From the NCBI GenBank assembly GCA_041690135.1, contig JAWLHY010000013.1, positions 84,921 to 148,920 on the forward strand: a DNA stretch of 64,000 nt, read 5' to 3'. Origin of the DNA: Armatimonadota bacterium. GTDB lineage: Bacteria > Armatimonadota > SYMT01. Of this stretch, positions 1 through 9,753 are shown piece after piece. The position numbers were made by a program, and so were the translations under genes. The number at the start of each line of letters is the position of its first letter. The first letter of the stretch is position 1. A model generated the notes under the pieces. That model was given only the letters and a program-made list of their open reading frames with translations, was not told the origin of the DNA and searched no databases.

Positions 1-75
1 GGTCCCCGCGCGGGGCCCCCCCCCCCCGGCCCCCCCCACGCCCGGCTTTTGATTTTGCCCCGTGAAAAGAGACCC

Positions 76-104
76 TTGACAGGGCTGTTATCCCTCGCTA
101 CACT
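76..104 (+). promoter_or_regulatory. sigma70-type promoter of trp operon
   Basis: TTGACA (76-81), 17-bp spacer, TACACT (99-104), just upstream of the leader ORF. Confidence 0.8.
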
Positions 105-121
105 CCCCACAGAGATTTCGC

Positions 122-175
122 ATGATGAGAAGCACCGCACTTCAACTACAGCTTTCCTGGTGGTGGCAGAGCTAA
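122..175 (+). CDS. trpL: trp operon leader peptide MMRSTALQLQLSWWWQS
   Basis: 17-codon ORF with three tandem TGG codons (158-166), upstream of attenuator and trpE; not in the ORF track. Confidence 0.9.
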   Translation: MMRSTALQLQLSWWWQS

Positions 176-290
176 CCTCTGTCCACTACCCGTTGTGTTG
201 TTTCTCATAAATCAGTCGGGGCCGTGGGCAGAGTTGCCCCGGCCTTCGTTGTTTCCGGAGGTCGGGGCGGCTGCCCCGGCCTCTTTTTGT
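158..290 (+). promoter_or_regulatory. trp transcription attenuator (alternative hairpins plus terminator)
   Basis: Terminator stem GAGGTCGGGGC (258-268)/GCCCCGGCCTC (273-283) followed by TTTTT; competing strand GCCCCGGCCTTC (236-247); further pairings 161-171/177-188, 177-186/224-233, 215-222/236-243. Confidence 0.85.
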
Positions 291-369
291 TGGGCTATTT
301 CCGCTCCGTACTTTCGTGTTGCTACAATAGGCCGTCGGCTGCGGTGGTGCACCGGCGTGAGGGAACGCA

Positions 370-1860
370 ATGTACAGTCCTGACCTCGAAGAGTTCGTTG
401 CCCGCAGCCGGCGAGGCAACCTGATCCCGGTCTACCGGGAGATCCTCGCCGACCTGGAAACCCCGGTCTCGGCGTTCCTCAAGATCGGTGGACGCCCCCA
501 TTCTTTCCTGCTGGAAAGCGTGGCGGGCGGCGAGCAGATCGGGCGCTATTCGTTCATCGGCGGCGATCCGTTCCTGGTGCTCAAAACGCACGGGCGGGAG
601 GTGGAAGTCGTTCGTGACGGACGGTTGGAGACACGCACCCTTGCCGAGGGTCAGGACCCGCTCCACCTGCTGAAGCAGCTCCTGGAGGAGTTCCGGTTCG
701 TTCAGGACCCCGATCTTCCGCCGTTCTGCGGAGGCGCGGTGGGCTACCTGGGGTACGACGTGGTGCGTTTCTTCGAACGCCTTCCGGATCTCAATCCGAA
801 CGACCGGGGCCTGCCCGAGTCGTACTTCGTGTTCACGGACACGCTGCTGATCTTTGACCACGTCAAGCACCGGATCAAGGTTCTGTGCCTGGCACGGGTC
901 GACGGAGATCCCCAGGCCGCGTATTTCCAGGCGGTAGAGAAGATCGAGCAGCTCGTCAACGCGCTCAAGGCACCACTGCCCTACGAACGCCTCGAGCAGG
1001 AGCCGCGTGAGAATGAAGGCGAGCTGCAGGTGAGCTCGATCCCCTCGCGCGAGGATCACGAGGCGGCGGTTCTTAAAGCCAAGGAATACATCGCGGCGGG
1101 AGACATCATTCAGGTGGTCCTCTCCCGCCGGATGGAAGTCGAGGTCAGCGCTTCGCCGTTCCAGATCTACCGGGCGCTCCGTTCGGTCAACCCGTCTCCC
1201 TACATGTTCTTCCTCCAGTTCGAGGACTGCCAGCTCATCGGCGCCTCACCGGAGATCCTGGTCACCGAGAGGCAGGGCCGGGTGGTGACCCGGCCGATTG
1301 CGGGGACGATCCGCCGCGGGAAGACGCCGGAAGAGGACGCTCGCCTCGAAGCCGAATTGCTGGCCGATCCCAAGGAACGGGCCGAGCACATTATGCTGGT
1401 GGACCTCCACCGCAACGACATCGGTCGCGTGTGCGAGTATGGGTCGGTCCATGTGGACCAGCTGATGGTGACGGAGAAGTATTCGCACGTGATTCACATC
1501 GTCTCCAACGTGGTCGGAAAGCTGCGGTCGGAGACGGACGGGTTCGACCTGATCCGCGCGACGTTCCCGGCGGGTACCCTCTCCGGGGCCCCCAAGATCC
1601 GGGCGATGGAGATCATCGAAGAGCTGGAGCCGGTGAAGCGGGGCCCCTATGGCGGCGTGATCGGCTACTTCAGCTTCAGCGGGGACATCGACACGGCCAT
1701 CACCCTGCGCACCATTGTAATGCAGAACCGCAAGGCCTACATCCAGGCCGGCGGCGGCATCGTGGCGGACAGCGATCCCGCCGCGGAATACCAGGAAACG
1801 GTGAACAAGGCGGGCGCCCTGATGCGTGCCATCGAGCTGGCCGAGCGGGGCCTGGAATAG
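370..1860 (+). CDS. trpE: anthranilate synthase component I
   Basis: [36 protein letters not shown] motifs; Trp leader upstream. Confidence 0.97.
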   Translation: MYSPDLEEFVARSRRGNLIPVYREILADLETPVSAFLKIGGRPHSFLLESVAGGEQIGRYSFIGGDPFLVLKTHGREVEVVRDGRLETRTLAEGQDPLHLLKQLLEEFRFVQDPDLPPFCGGAVGYLGYDVVRFFERLPDLNPNDRGLPESYFVFTDTLLIFDHVKHRIKVLCLARVDGDPQAAYFQAVEKIEQLVNALKAPLPYERLEQEPRENEGELQVSSIPSREDHEAAVLKAKEYIAAGDIIQVVLSRRMEVEVSASPFQIYRALRSVNPSPYMFFLQFEDCQLIGASPEILVTERQGRVVTRPIAGTIRRGKTPEEDARLEAELLADPKERAEHIMLVDLHRNDIGRVCEYGSVHVDQLMVTEKYSHVIHIVSNVVGKLRSETDGFDLIRATFPAGTLSGAPKIRAMEIIEELEPVKRGPYGGVIGYFSFSGDIDTAITLRTIVMQNRKAYIQAGGGIVADSDPAAEYQETVNKAGALMRAIELAERGLE

Positions 1861-1871
1861 GAGCTGGAACG

Positions 1872-2435
1872 ATGATTGTGATGATCGATAACTACGACTC
1901 CTTCACCTACAACCTCGTCCAGTACCTGGGCGAGATGGGCGAAGAGCTGCGGGTGTACCGCAATGACGAGATCACCGTGGAAGAGGTGATGGACATGCAG
2001 CCGGACCAGATCATCATCTCGCCGGGGCCGTGCACGCCGAACGAGGCTGGGATCTCGGTGCCGCTCATCCAGGCCGCCGCGGGCAAGATCCCGCTGCTGG
2101 GCGTATGCCTGGGTCACCAGTCGATCGGGCAGGCCTTTGGGGGCGAGGTGGTGCGGGCCGGCCGGCTGATGCATGGGAAGACCTCACCGGTCTTCCACCG
2201 GGATCTGGGTGTGTTCCACGGTCTCCCGAGCCCGTTCGAGGCCACTCGATACCACTCGCTGGTGATCCGCCGCGAAACCCTCCCGGATTGCCTGGAGATC
2301 ACCGCGGAAACGGAGATCGGCGAAATCATGGGGGTCCGGCACAAGGAACTGCCGGTGGAGGGGGTGCAGTTTCACCCGGAGAGCGTGCTCACCGAGCACG
2401 GGAAGGAACTGCTGCGGAACTTCATCAAGCGGTAA
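1872..2435 (+). CDS. trpG: anthranilate synthase component II (glutamine amidotransferase)
   Basis: [29 protein letters not shown]; true start ATG 1872 after AGGAG. Confidence 0.95.
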   Translation: MIVMIDNYDSFTYNLVQYLGEMGEELRVYRNDEITVEEVMDMQPDQIIISPGPCTPNEAGISVPLIQAAAGKIPLLGVCLGHQSIGQAFGGEVVRAGRLMHGKTSPVFHRDLGVFHGLPSPFEATRYHSLVIRRETLPDCLEITAETEIGEIMGVRHKELPVEGVQFHPESVLTEHGKELLRNFIKR

Positions 2436-2476
2436 GCTAACGGCAAAGGTCTGCCATTTGCTTCGGGGGTATCGGA

Positions 2477-3604
2477 ATGAGTGTCGCCACTAGCGGAAGC
2501 CCGGACCTGCGCTGGCGCCAGGCACGGGCTGCGGAGACGTTGCGGTCATTGGGGCTCGATGCGGGCCTCTTCGCGCCGGGGTCGGACTTGTACTACCTCA
2601 CGGGGTTCGAGCACTCCCATGCGGGAGAGCGCCTGCTGGCCCTGGTGCTCCGGGCGGACGGCAGTTCCACCTGGATCGTTCCGGAAATGAACGTCCCCCA
2701 GGTAGTCGAAGCCACAGGCTTGAAGGCTGAGGAACTCCGCCGGTGGTCTGATGCCGAGACGTTCCTGCCCGCGCTCCGGGAAGCGACGTCCGGGTTGACT
2801 TCCCTGGCCTTTGACGACGAAGCACGGGCCGGTTTCTTGCTCGATCTGATGGCTGCCGCGCCTGGGATTTGCGTCCGCAAGGCGGGCGCGATCGCGCGCG
2901 CCCTCCGCGTGTGCAAGGATGCCGATGAGCTGGCGGCCTTGCGGGCAGCGGCGCGCACCGTGGACGAGACGATTCCGGAAGCGATCTCCTTCTGCCGGCC
3001 GGGCCGGCGGGAGAACGAAATCGAAGAGGACCTGAAGCGAGCCCTGCTGCGCCGCTCCTCCGAGAGCACCGTGGCGTTCAGCATCATCGCCAGCGGAGAG
3101 AACTCGGCACTCCCCCACCACGAGACAGGATCTCGGGTTCTGCAGACGGGGGATGTGGTGGTGCTCGACTACGGTACCCGTCTCCACGGCTATCACAGCG
3201 ATATCACCGTCACCTGCTCGGTCGGAGAACCGGCGGATGCCGAGGTGCGGAAGGTCTACCGGACGGTGTGGGAAGCGCAGCAACGGGCCCTGGAAGCGGT
3301 CCGTCCCGGTGTTCCCTGCGAAGCGATTGACCGCGCTGCCCGAGCGCAGATCACCGCCGCGGGGTACGGGGACTACTTCATCCACCGCACGGGCCATGGG
3401 CTGGGTTTGCAGGTCCATGAGGCTCCCTACATGGTCGAAGGCAACTTCGAACCCCTGGAAGAGGGGATGGTCTTCAGCGTCGAACCGGGGATCTACCTGC
3501 CGGGACGCTTCGGGATCCGCCTGGAAGTGATCGCCAGCGTTGCCGCAGACGGGGTGAGCCTGATCAATGCTCCTAGTAGGCCGGATCTACCTACGGTGGA
3601 ATAA
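2477..3604 (+). CDS. Xaa-Pro peptidase, M24B family
   Basis: SALPHH, DYG..YHSDIT, HRTGHGLGLQVHE, FSVEPGIY metal-binding motifs. Confidence 0.9.
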   Translation: MSVATSGSPDLRWRQARAAETLRSLGLDAGLFAPGSDLYYLTGFEHSHAGERLLALVLRADGSSTWIVPEMNVPQVVEATGLKAEELRRWSDAETFLPALREATSGLTSLAFDDEARAGFLLDLMAAAPGICVRKAGAIARALRVCKDADELAALRAAARTVDETIPEAISFCRPGRRENEIEEDLKRALLRRSSESTVAFSIIASGENSALPHHETGSRVLQTGDVVVLDYGTRLHGYHSDITVTCSVGEPADAEVRKVYRTVWEAQQRALEAVRPGVPCEAIDRAARAQITAAGYGDYFIHRTGHGLGLQVHEAPYMVEGNFEPLEEGMVFSVEPGIYLPGRFGIRLEVIASVAADGVSLINAPSRPDLPTVE

Positions 3605-3633
3605 TTGTTCTGAAACAGCAGGAGATAGATGCG

Positions 3634-3912
3634 ATGACACCCGTTAGATCGGAGCAAGATCGGGACCTCGCCGAACGGGCGGTGGAAGTGTACCGGACGC
3701 GGTTGAAGGCGCTTCTCGAACCGTGCCACAACGGCTCGCAGGTGGCAATCCATGTTCCGGATGAGGACTTTGAAGTAGCTCCAACGGCTGCCGAGGCGGT
3801 TACACGTCTCAAAAAACGTCACCCCAACTCCGTTTTTGTGCTGCTTGAGGTCGGTCGTCCTCTGATGGAATGGCCATGGATCAACGAGAATGCTCCTGTC
3901 GGGAAACCTTGA
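3634..3912 (+). CDS. small hypothetical protein (DUF5678-like partner of an aspartic protease)
   Basis: 92 aa with G.xVAI...dfev...EA...l..r.P pattern; overlaps the downstream protease gene. Confidence 0.6.
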   Translation: MTPVRSEQDRDLAERAVEVYRTRLKALLEPCHNGSQVAIHVPDEDFEVAPTAAEAVTRLKKRHPNSVFVLLEVGRPLMEWPWINENAPVGKP

Positions 3913-4255
3913 CGCACGGGGGCATCCCAGAGTCGAATTGACTGTACGCGGACCCTTTGGCTGGTCACGGGTTTCCGCGGTAGTGGATACGGGCTTCACG
4001 GGGGCATTGAGTCTGCCCATGACCACCATCCACCGGCTGGGACTGCGGAACCACAATATTCGACCAAGTATTCTCGCCGATGGATCGATCCGGACCGTCT
4101 ACACTTACCTCGTGGATGTGGACTGGCTAGGGAATACGCTACCATGTGAGGCATTCGCGACGGAAGCCGCAGATGCCACCATTGGTGCGGGCTTGCTGCG
4201 CGGGCGCAAGCTGTTCATCGACTATGGTGAGCCGCAGTTGGTGGAGATCACCTGA
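3890..4255 (+). CDS. clan AA (retropepsin-like) aspartic protease
   Basis: VDTGFTG catalytic motif, LADG flap, IGAGLL C-terminal motif. Confidence 0.85.
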   Translation: MLLSGNLDARGHPRVELTVRGPFGWSRVSAVVDTGFTGALSLPMTTIHRLGLRNHNIRPSILADGSIRTVYTYLVDVDWLGNTLPCEAFATEAADATIGAGLLRGRKLFIDYGEPQLVEIT

Positions 4256-5059
4256 ATGGACAAGCTGCCTCATAGAGAATTCGAGCAGGCGCTTTCGGGA
4301 CTCCCGTACCGCTTCGCGTTTGTCACGTTGAGCGGAGCGCACCTGTACGGCTTCCCCTCACAGGACAGCGACTTCGACCTGCGGGGCAGCCACTTGCTGC
4401 CGGGCGAGGCGTTCTGGGGTCTGGACGAGCCCCGGGAAACGGAAGAGCCGAAGCTCGACAGCCCCTCCGGGCTCGTTGAGATCGTGACCCACGACCTGCG
4501 TAAGTTCACCCGGCTCTTGCTCAAGCGCAACGGCTACGTGCTGGAGCAGCTCACCTCTCCGCTGATCGTCCGCACCTCTCCCCTGCACCGGGAGCTTTTG
4601 CGGTTGGTTCCCGGGCTGCTGACCCGCTATCATTACCACCACTACCGGGGCTTTTATCACAGCGAACGGCGGGCCTACGAACGGTCCGAGCCGAGGTCGG
4701 TGAAGAAGCTGCTCTACTGTTACCGGGTGCTGATGACCGGCTGTGTGCTGCTGAGGGAAGGGGTAGTCGAAGCGAACCTGCAGGAGCTCAACCGCCGCTT
4801 CGACTACCGGTTTCTGGATGAACTGGTGGAGATCAAGCTAGCGGCCGAGCGCATCGGGTTGGACGATGACCGTCCCTACACCGCGGAGTTGGACCGGTTG
4901 GAGGCGGAGCTGGACCGGGCGTTTAACGAGTCCTCGCTGCCGGCGGAGCCGTCGGTGCGGCAGGAGTTGAACCGCCTCATCATCGAGGCGAGAAGAAGTG
5001 GAGAGGATGCGGGATGCTACGTGAGCGAGTCGCGGCTGTGGTCGCGGGAGAAAACCTGA
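4256..5059 (+). CDS. predicted pol-beta-family nucleotidyltransferase (YcgL/RlaP-like)
   Basis: SGAHLYGFPSQDSDFDLRG motif, NGYVLEQL, KKLLY.YRVL. Confidence 0.85.
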   Translation: MDKLPHREFEQALSGLPYRFAFVTLSGAHLYGFPSQDSDFDLRGSHLLPGEAFWGLDEPRETEEPKLDSPSGLVEIVTHDLRKFTRLLLKRNGYVLEQLTSPLIVRTSPLHRELLRLVPGLLTRYHYHHYRGFYHSERRAYERSEPRSVKKLLYCYRVLMTGCVLLREGVVEANLQELNRRFDYRFLDELVEIKLAAERIGLDDDRPYTAELDRLEAELDRAFNESSLPAEPSVRQELNRLIIEARRSGEDAGCYVSESRLWSREKT

Positions 5060-6042
5060 CCGCCGAAGAGGCCGCGGAGGTCATGCATCACCTCGTATCG
5101 GGAGATGCCTCCCCGTCGCTGGCGGGAGCTTTACTGACCGCCATGAAGATCAAGGGTGAGACCGCGGACGAGATCACCGGGTTCGCACGGGCGATGCGCG
5201 AACACGCGGTGCGGGTGGAACCCCGGTGCGAGCGGCTGGTCGATACCTGCGGGACGGGCGGCGGGACGGTCCCCACGTTCAACATCAGCACCACCGCGGC
5301 ATTCGTGGTCGCGGGAGCGGGGGTGTCGGTCGCCAAGCACGGCAACCGTGCCATCACTTCTGCGTGCGGCAGTGTGGACGTGCTGGAAGCGTTGGGGGTC
5401 CGGACTGATCTGCGACCCGAGCAGGTGTGCGCCTGTATCGAGGACGTGGGCATCGGCTTCATGTTCGCCCAGGCCCACCATCCGGCGATGCGGCACGTGG
5501 GTCCGATCCGTCGCGAGTTGCCTTTTCGGACCATCTTTAACTGCCTGGGGCCCCTCACCAACCCGGCGGGCGCAGCAACGCAGGTAGTGGGTGTCTACGA
5601 GGAACGGCTGGTACCGCTTCTCGCGCAGGCCCTGCTCAACCTGGGCTGTCACCGCGCCCTCGTGGTGCACGGGCGGGATGGCCTGGACGAGATCTCCAAC
5701 CTCGGCCCGACCCGGGTGGCGGAGGTCCGCGATGGCGACATCTCCACCTACGAACTGCGCCCCGAAAACCTGGGCTTGCGACGGGCGACGGCCGCGGAGA
5801 TCGGCGGCGGCGCTTCCGCGGCGGAGAGCGCGGATATCACTCGAGGTATTTTGTCCGGCGAGCCCGGCCCTCGTCGCGATATTGTGCTGCTGAACGCGGC
5901 GGCGGCCATCCTGGTAACAGGGGCGGCCGGTTCCCTGGCGGAGGGAATACACAAGGCGGCGGAGAGCATCGATAGCGGCGCCGCAACGGGGAAGTTGGAA
6001 GCGCTGATCGCCGCGACTGCACCAGGAAGCATTGCAAATTGA
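5014..6042 (+). CDS. trpD: anthranilate phosphoribosyltransferase
   Basis: DTCGTGG, FNISTT, AKHGNR, GPLTNP, GLDEIS. Confidence 0.97.
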   Translation: MLRERVAAVVAGENLTAEEAAEVMHHLVSGDASPSLAGALLTAMKIKGETADEITGFARAMREHAVRVEPRCERLVDTCGTGGGTVPTFNISTTAAFVVAGAGVSVAKHGNRAITSACGSVDVLEALGVRTDLRPEQVCACIEDVGIGFMFAQAHHPAMRHVGPIRRELPFRTIFNCLGPLTNPAGAATQVVGVYEERLVPLLAQALLNLGCHRALVVHGRDGLDEISNLGPTRVAEVRDGDISTYELRPENLGLRRATAAEIGGGASAAESADITRGILSGEPGPRRDIVLLNAAAAILVTGAAGSLAEGIHKAAESIDSGAATGKLEALIAATAPGSIAN

Positions 6043-6072
6043 GAATTGGAGAATGCAAATTTCAAATTGGCG
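6031..6072. repeat. degenerate 7-mer array (ATTGCAA)x6, left arm
   Basis: attgcaa attgaga attggag aatgcaa atttcaa attggcg; contains the trpD stop. Confidence 0.85.
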
Positions 6073-6100
6073 CCCGCTCTAGACTAAGAGGTGCGGCAAA

Positions 6101-6463
6101 ATGACGTCGGACGAACTTGAGGAGCGGCTGCTTTGTTTTTCCGTAGCCGTAGGTAAGATCGTGGATGCCCTACCGGAAACGCGCATGGGACGCCATGTGG
6201 CAGGTCAGTTGGTCCGTTGTGGCACCTCCCCTGCCCCGAACTATGCCGAAGGCTGTGCCGCCGAGAGCCGCGCCGACTTTATCCACAAGCTGAGCATCGT
6301 GCTGAAAGAACTTCGAGAAAGCCGCAGTTGGCTCCGCCTCATCGGTCACGCCGAGTTACTTGAGCGGACATCGATCCATCCCACGCTTGACGAGTGCGAA
6401 CAGCTATGCCGGATCATAGCTCAGTCGTTGGTGACCGCAAAAGGTAACACCCGCGGCAGATGA
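6101..6463 (+). CDS. four-helix-bundle protein (23S rRNA IVP / Avd-like fold)
   Basis: GQLVRCGTS..NYAEG..AESRADFIHKLSI.LKELRESR.WL signature. Confidence 0.9.
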   Translation: MTSDELEERLLCFSVAVGKIVDALPETRMGRHVAGQLVRCGTSPAPNYAEGCAAESRADFIHKLSIVLKELRESRSWLRLIGHAELLERTSIHPTLDECEQLCRIIAQSLVTAKGNTRGR

Positions 6464-6503
6464 GGCAGCGTGGGTCCGCAGCCAGTAGTTGTCAACGCGG
6501 CGT

Positions 6504-6545
6504 TCCAAATTTGCAATTTGCAATCACCAATTTGCAATTTGAAAT
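6504..6545. repeat. degenerate 7-mer array (TTGCAAT)x6, right arm, inverted relative to 6031-6072
   Basis: tccaaat ttgcaat ttgcaat caccaat ttgcaat ttgaaat. Confidence 0.85.
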
Positions 6546-6553
6546 CCCTTATT

Positions 6554-7366
6554 ATGAGTATCCCATCGGTTCTTCAGAAAATCGTTGCGCACAAGGTTAA
6601 TGAGGTCGCGGCGCGGAAGGCGGCCCGGCCTACGGTTTCGCTAGATGAGGCTCCACCCGTGCGGGACTTCGCGGCGGCACTGCGCGGGGACACCGTGCGG
6701 CTGATCGCAGAGGTTAAGCAGGCCTCCCCCTCCAAGGGCGTGATCTGCGGTGACTTCCGACCGGTAGAGATCGCGGAAACGTATGCCGGCAATGGTGCGG
6801 CGTGTATTTCGGTGCTCACCGACGAGGAGTTCTTTCGCGGGCACGATCGGTACCTCAGTGAGATTCGGCAGAGTGTCGACGTCCCGCTGCTGCGCAAGGA
6901 GTTCATCATCGACCCGTGGCAGATCGCCGAGTCGCGGGCGTTGGGCGCGGATGCGATCTTGCTCATCGTGGCGATCCTGACGCCGGAGCAGATCCGCGAC
7001 TTCCAGGCTCGTGCCCACGACCTGGGCATGGCTGCCTTGGTGGAAACGCACACCGAAGAAGAACTCCGGATCGCGCTGGAGTTGGAGTCGCCGCTGATTG
7101 GGGTCAATAACCGGAACCTGCACACGTTCGAGACGACGCTGGAGACCACCGAGCGGCTGGCCGCGCTGGTCGGCACCCTGGAAAACCGCTTGCTGGTGAG
7201 CGAGAGTGGGATCTACACCGCCAAAGACGTGGCCCGCGTCGCTGGCTGTGGCGCCCGCGCCATTCTGGTGGGCGAGGCCCTGATGCGCGAGGGGGATCCC
7301 GCGACGAAGGTTCGGGAGCTTTCGTCGGTACCGTCTTGTGTGGGGGCGACTGAAGTCGCAAGCTGA
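6554..7366 (+). CDS. trpC: indole-3-glycerol phosphate synthase
   Basis: IAEVKQASPSKG, ISVLTD, LLRKEFI, GVNNRNL, SESGI; start moved to ATG 6554. Confidence 0.96.
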   Translation: MSIPSVLQKIVAHKVNEVAARKAARPTVSLDEAPPVRDFAAALRGDTVRLIAEVKQASPSKGVICGDFRPVEIAETYAGNGAACISVLTDEEFFRGHDRYLSEIRQSVDVPLLRKEFIIDPWQIAESRALGADAILLIVAILTPEQIRDFQARAHDLGMAALVETHTEEELRIALELESPLIGVNNRNLHTFETTLETTERLAALVGTLENRLLVSESGIYTAKDVARVAGCGARAILVGEALMREGDPATKVRELSSVPSCVGATEVAS

Positions 7367-7550
7367 AACTGCACGAAGTCCGCACCCCCTCGGGGTGTAA
7401 ACCTCCGCGGACTCACACAGTCCCGGAACGTGAGAAGGTTTGCTTGAACGCTGGATCTCGTGTCCGCTCTTGGCGACCGTTTAGCGTGAGGGTGACCTAC
7501 GGCAACCAGGAACAAGTGCGCGGAATGTTGCTGCCCAATACTTAACGGCG

Positions 7551-8432
7551 ATGAACTTTGACAACGGGCCCTGGGAGGTTGCCGGATACGAGGTCCGGAT
7601 TGATTTCGAACGCTCGGTCCGGCTCGTTGCTTCCCGGAAGGGAGAGCGGCTGGCGGCATTGCCGCCGGCGGTACGCGAGAGTGACGAGATCGCCTGGATC
7701 CGGTTGGCGCTCGATGCGGCGAAGGAACACTACCGCGAGATTCGGCGCCTCGTCGATAACGCCTTGATTGAATCGATCCCGCTTTCGAAGCAGGACCTCG
7801 CGCTGCTGGCGGTGGATCCCGCCGGGCGGCCGTTCCTCGGCCAATTGCTGTTCGAAGTGGATGGCGTGGTTGGATGTCCCATCCCGGACGAGTGGCTCCT
7901 GGAGACACTTTCCGGAGACCTGGTGCGTCTCGGGGGCAGCGGGAGAGTGGTGCACCCCATCGAACTCCACCGGCGCGGGCTGCTGGAGCGCTGGGACCGC
8001 TGGCTGAATCGGAAGCCGTTCCGGCAGCCGATCAAGCAGATCCGGCGCGAGCTCTATCAACCCAACGCCGACGACCTGGTGCCGGGGACATTTACGCGCC
8101 GGTTCGCGAACGAAGCCGTTCGCTGGGACCAGGCCCGCGCCTTGCTGGAAGGGCGCGGCTGGCACCGGGTGACGAAGAGCGGAGCCGAGCGCCACTACCG
8201 GCGGGCTCGGCTCACCGCACACGTGGAATTCCGGACACCGGCCACTCGCGGCTTCCCCAAGTCGGCGGTGGTGTTGAACCGGATTTACTTCCTGCCCTAC
8301 GGAGAGCATTGCGTGAACCGCGAGAACCCAGGCTTGTGCCTGACGCAAGTCCCCGCCATACTCTTTTCAGAGACTCTCCGCGATGTCTGTCTCGTGGCCC
8401 GGGTCGCCGGACGGGACCTGGACCACTGGTGA
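7551..8432 (+). CDS. DUF4132-like domain protein
   Basis: HPIEL..W....QPIKQIRRELY and FSETLRDV motifs. Confidence 0.7.
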   Translation: MNFDNGPWEVAGYEVRIDFERSVRLVASRKGERLAALPPAVRESDEIAWIRLALDAAKEHYREIRRLVDNALIESIPLSKQDLALLAVDPAGRPFLGQLLFEVDGVVGCPIPDEWLLETLSGDLVRLGGSGRVVHPIELHRRGLLERWDRWLNRKPFRQPIKQIRRELYQPNADDLVPGTFTRRFANEAVRWDQARALLEGRGWHRVTKSGAERHYRRARLTAHVEFRTPATRGFPKSAVVLNRIYFLPYGEHCVNRENPGLCLTQVPAILFSETLRDVCLVARVAGRDLDHW

Positions 8433-8454
8433 TGTCTACCGAACCCCTCCACTG

Positions 8455-9753
8455 ATGGCTCTTTCCTCTCTCCCCTATTCCCTGGTCGAAACGGTCCAGG
8501 CGCTGCGAGCAGGTAATCTCGACCTCGCGACCTACCTGGCTGCATTGTGCGACCGCATCGATGCCGTGGAGCCCCGTATCCAGGCGCTGCTTCCCGAGCC
8601 GGGGCGGCGAGAAAGATTGCATGCGGAGTCGCACGTGCTGCAGAACCGCTACCCCGAGGCGGCCTCGCGCCCTTCGATGTTCGGCGTGCCCGTGGGGGTG
8701 AAGGACATCTTTCGGGTAGAGGGATTCCCAACCCGCTGCGGCTCCGCTCTGCCTGCCGACCTGTTCGAGGGGCCGGAAGCAGAGACCGTCTCCCGGTTGA
8801 AGGCGGCGGGTGCGTTGATTCTGGGTAAGACAGTGACCACGGAGTTCGCGTATTTCGAGCCGGGTCCTACCCGCAACCCACGGAACCCGCAGCACACGCC
8901 GGGAGGTTCGAGCAGCGGTTCGGCAGCCGCGGTCGCAGCCAGGTACTGTCCCCTCGCACTCGGCTCGCAGACGGTGGGCTCCGTGATCCGTCCCGCCGCC
9001 TTCTGCGGGGTCGTCGGCATCAAGCCCTCCTCCGGACTCCTATCCCTGCAAGGGATCATTCCCTACTCGCCGTCGATAGACCATCCCGGGTTCTTTGTCC
9101 CGAAGGCGGCGGACCTGGACCTGGCGATGCAGGTGCTCGCGCCCGGATATGCGCCGCGGATGCCAGCCTCCGGAGTGCTGGGTGTGCCGGAGGGTCCTTA
9201 TCTGCGGCAGGCGACCACCGAGGTGCTGGTGGCCTTCGAGAAGCAGGTGGCGCACCTGCGAGCCCGAGGCTGGGAAGTACGCCGGGTTACGGCGATGGAA
9301 GATATCGAGGCGATCAACCACCGTCACAATCGCCTCGCAGCCGCCGAGTTGGCGGAGGTCCATGCCGGGTGGTTTGCCCGGTACGCCGAACAATATCGCC
9401 CGCGGACCGCGGCCTGGATCCGGGAAGGCCAGAACATCCCGGACGACGAAGTCCGCGAAGCGCGACAGGGGCGGGAGAGGCTGCGCACCGAGCTGACCGA
9501 TCTGATGGACCGGCACGCCATAGACGCCTGGATCAGCCCGGCCGCCACCGGACCCGCTCCGGCCGGGATCGAGTCGACCGGGAGCCCGGCGATGAACCTG
9601 CCCTGGACGCATGCCGGCATGCCGGTGGTGTCATTGCCCGCAGGCTGCGCGAGCAACGGCCTTCCGCTGGGGCTGCAGGTGGTTGGGCGGTTCGGGGAAG
9701 ATGCGCGTCTGACCGCCCAGGCGGTCCTGCTTGAGGAGGCCCTGGGTGAGTGA
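8455..9753 (+). CDS. amidase-signature family enzyme
   Basis: GVKD, GKTVTTEF, PGGSSSGSAAAV, GSQTVGSVIRPAAFCG. Confidence 0.93.
   Translation: MALSSLPYSLVETVQALRAGNLDLATYLAALCDRIDAVEPRIQALLPEPGRRERLHAESHVLQNRYPEAASRPSMFGVPVGVKDIFRVEGFPTRCGSALPADLFEGPEAETVSRLKAAGALILGKTVTTEFAYFEPGPTRNPRNPQHTPGGSSSGSAAAVAARYCPLALGSQTVGSVIRPAAFCGVVGIKPSSGLLSLQGIIPYSPSIDHPGFFVPKAADLDLAMQVLAPGYAPRMPASGVLGVPEGPYLRQATTEVLVAFEKQVAHLRARGWEVRRVTAMEDIEAINHRHNRLAAAELAEVHAGWFARYAEQYRPRTAAWIREGQNIPDDEVREARQGRERLRTELTDLMDRHAIDAWISPAATGPAPAGIESTGSPAMNLPWTHAGMPVVSLPAGCASNGLPLGLQVVGRFGEDARLTAQAVLLEEALGE

Noticed and set aside
1-50. G/C homopolymer-rich stretch
   Set aside because: At the window edge; may be low-quality sequence or a partial terminator, and cannot be interpreted.
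6101-6463. Diversity-generating retroelement
   Set aside because: Avd-like fold only; no reverse transcriptase and no template/variable repeat pair seen in the window.
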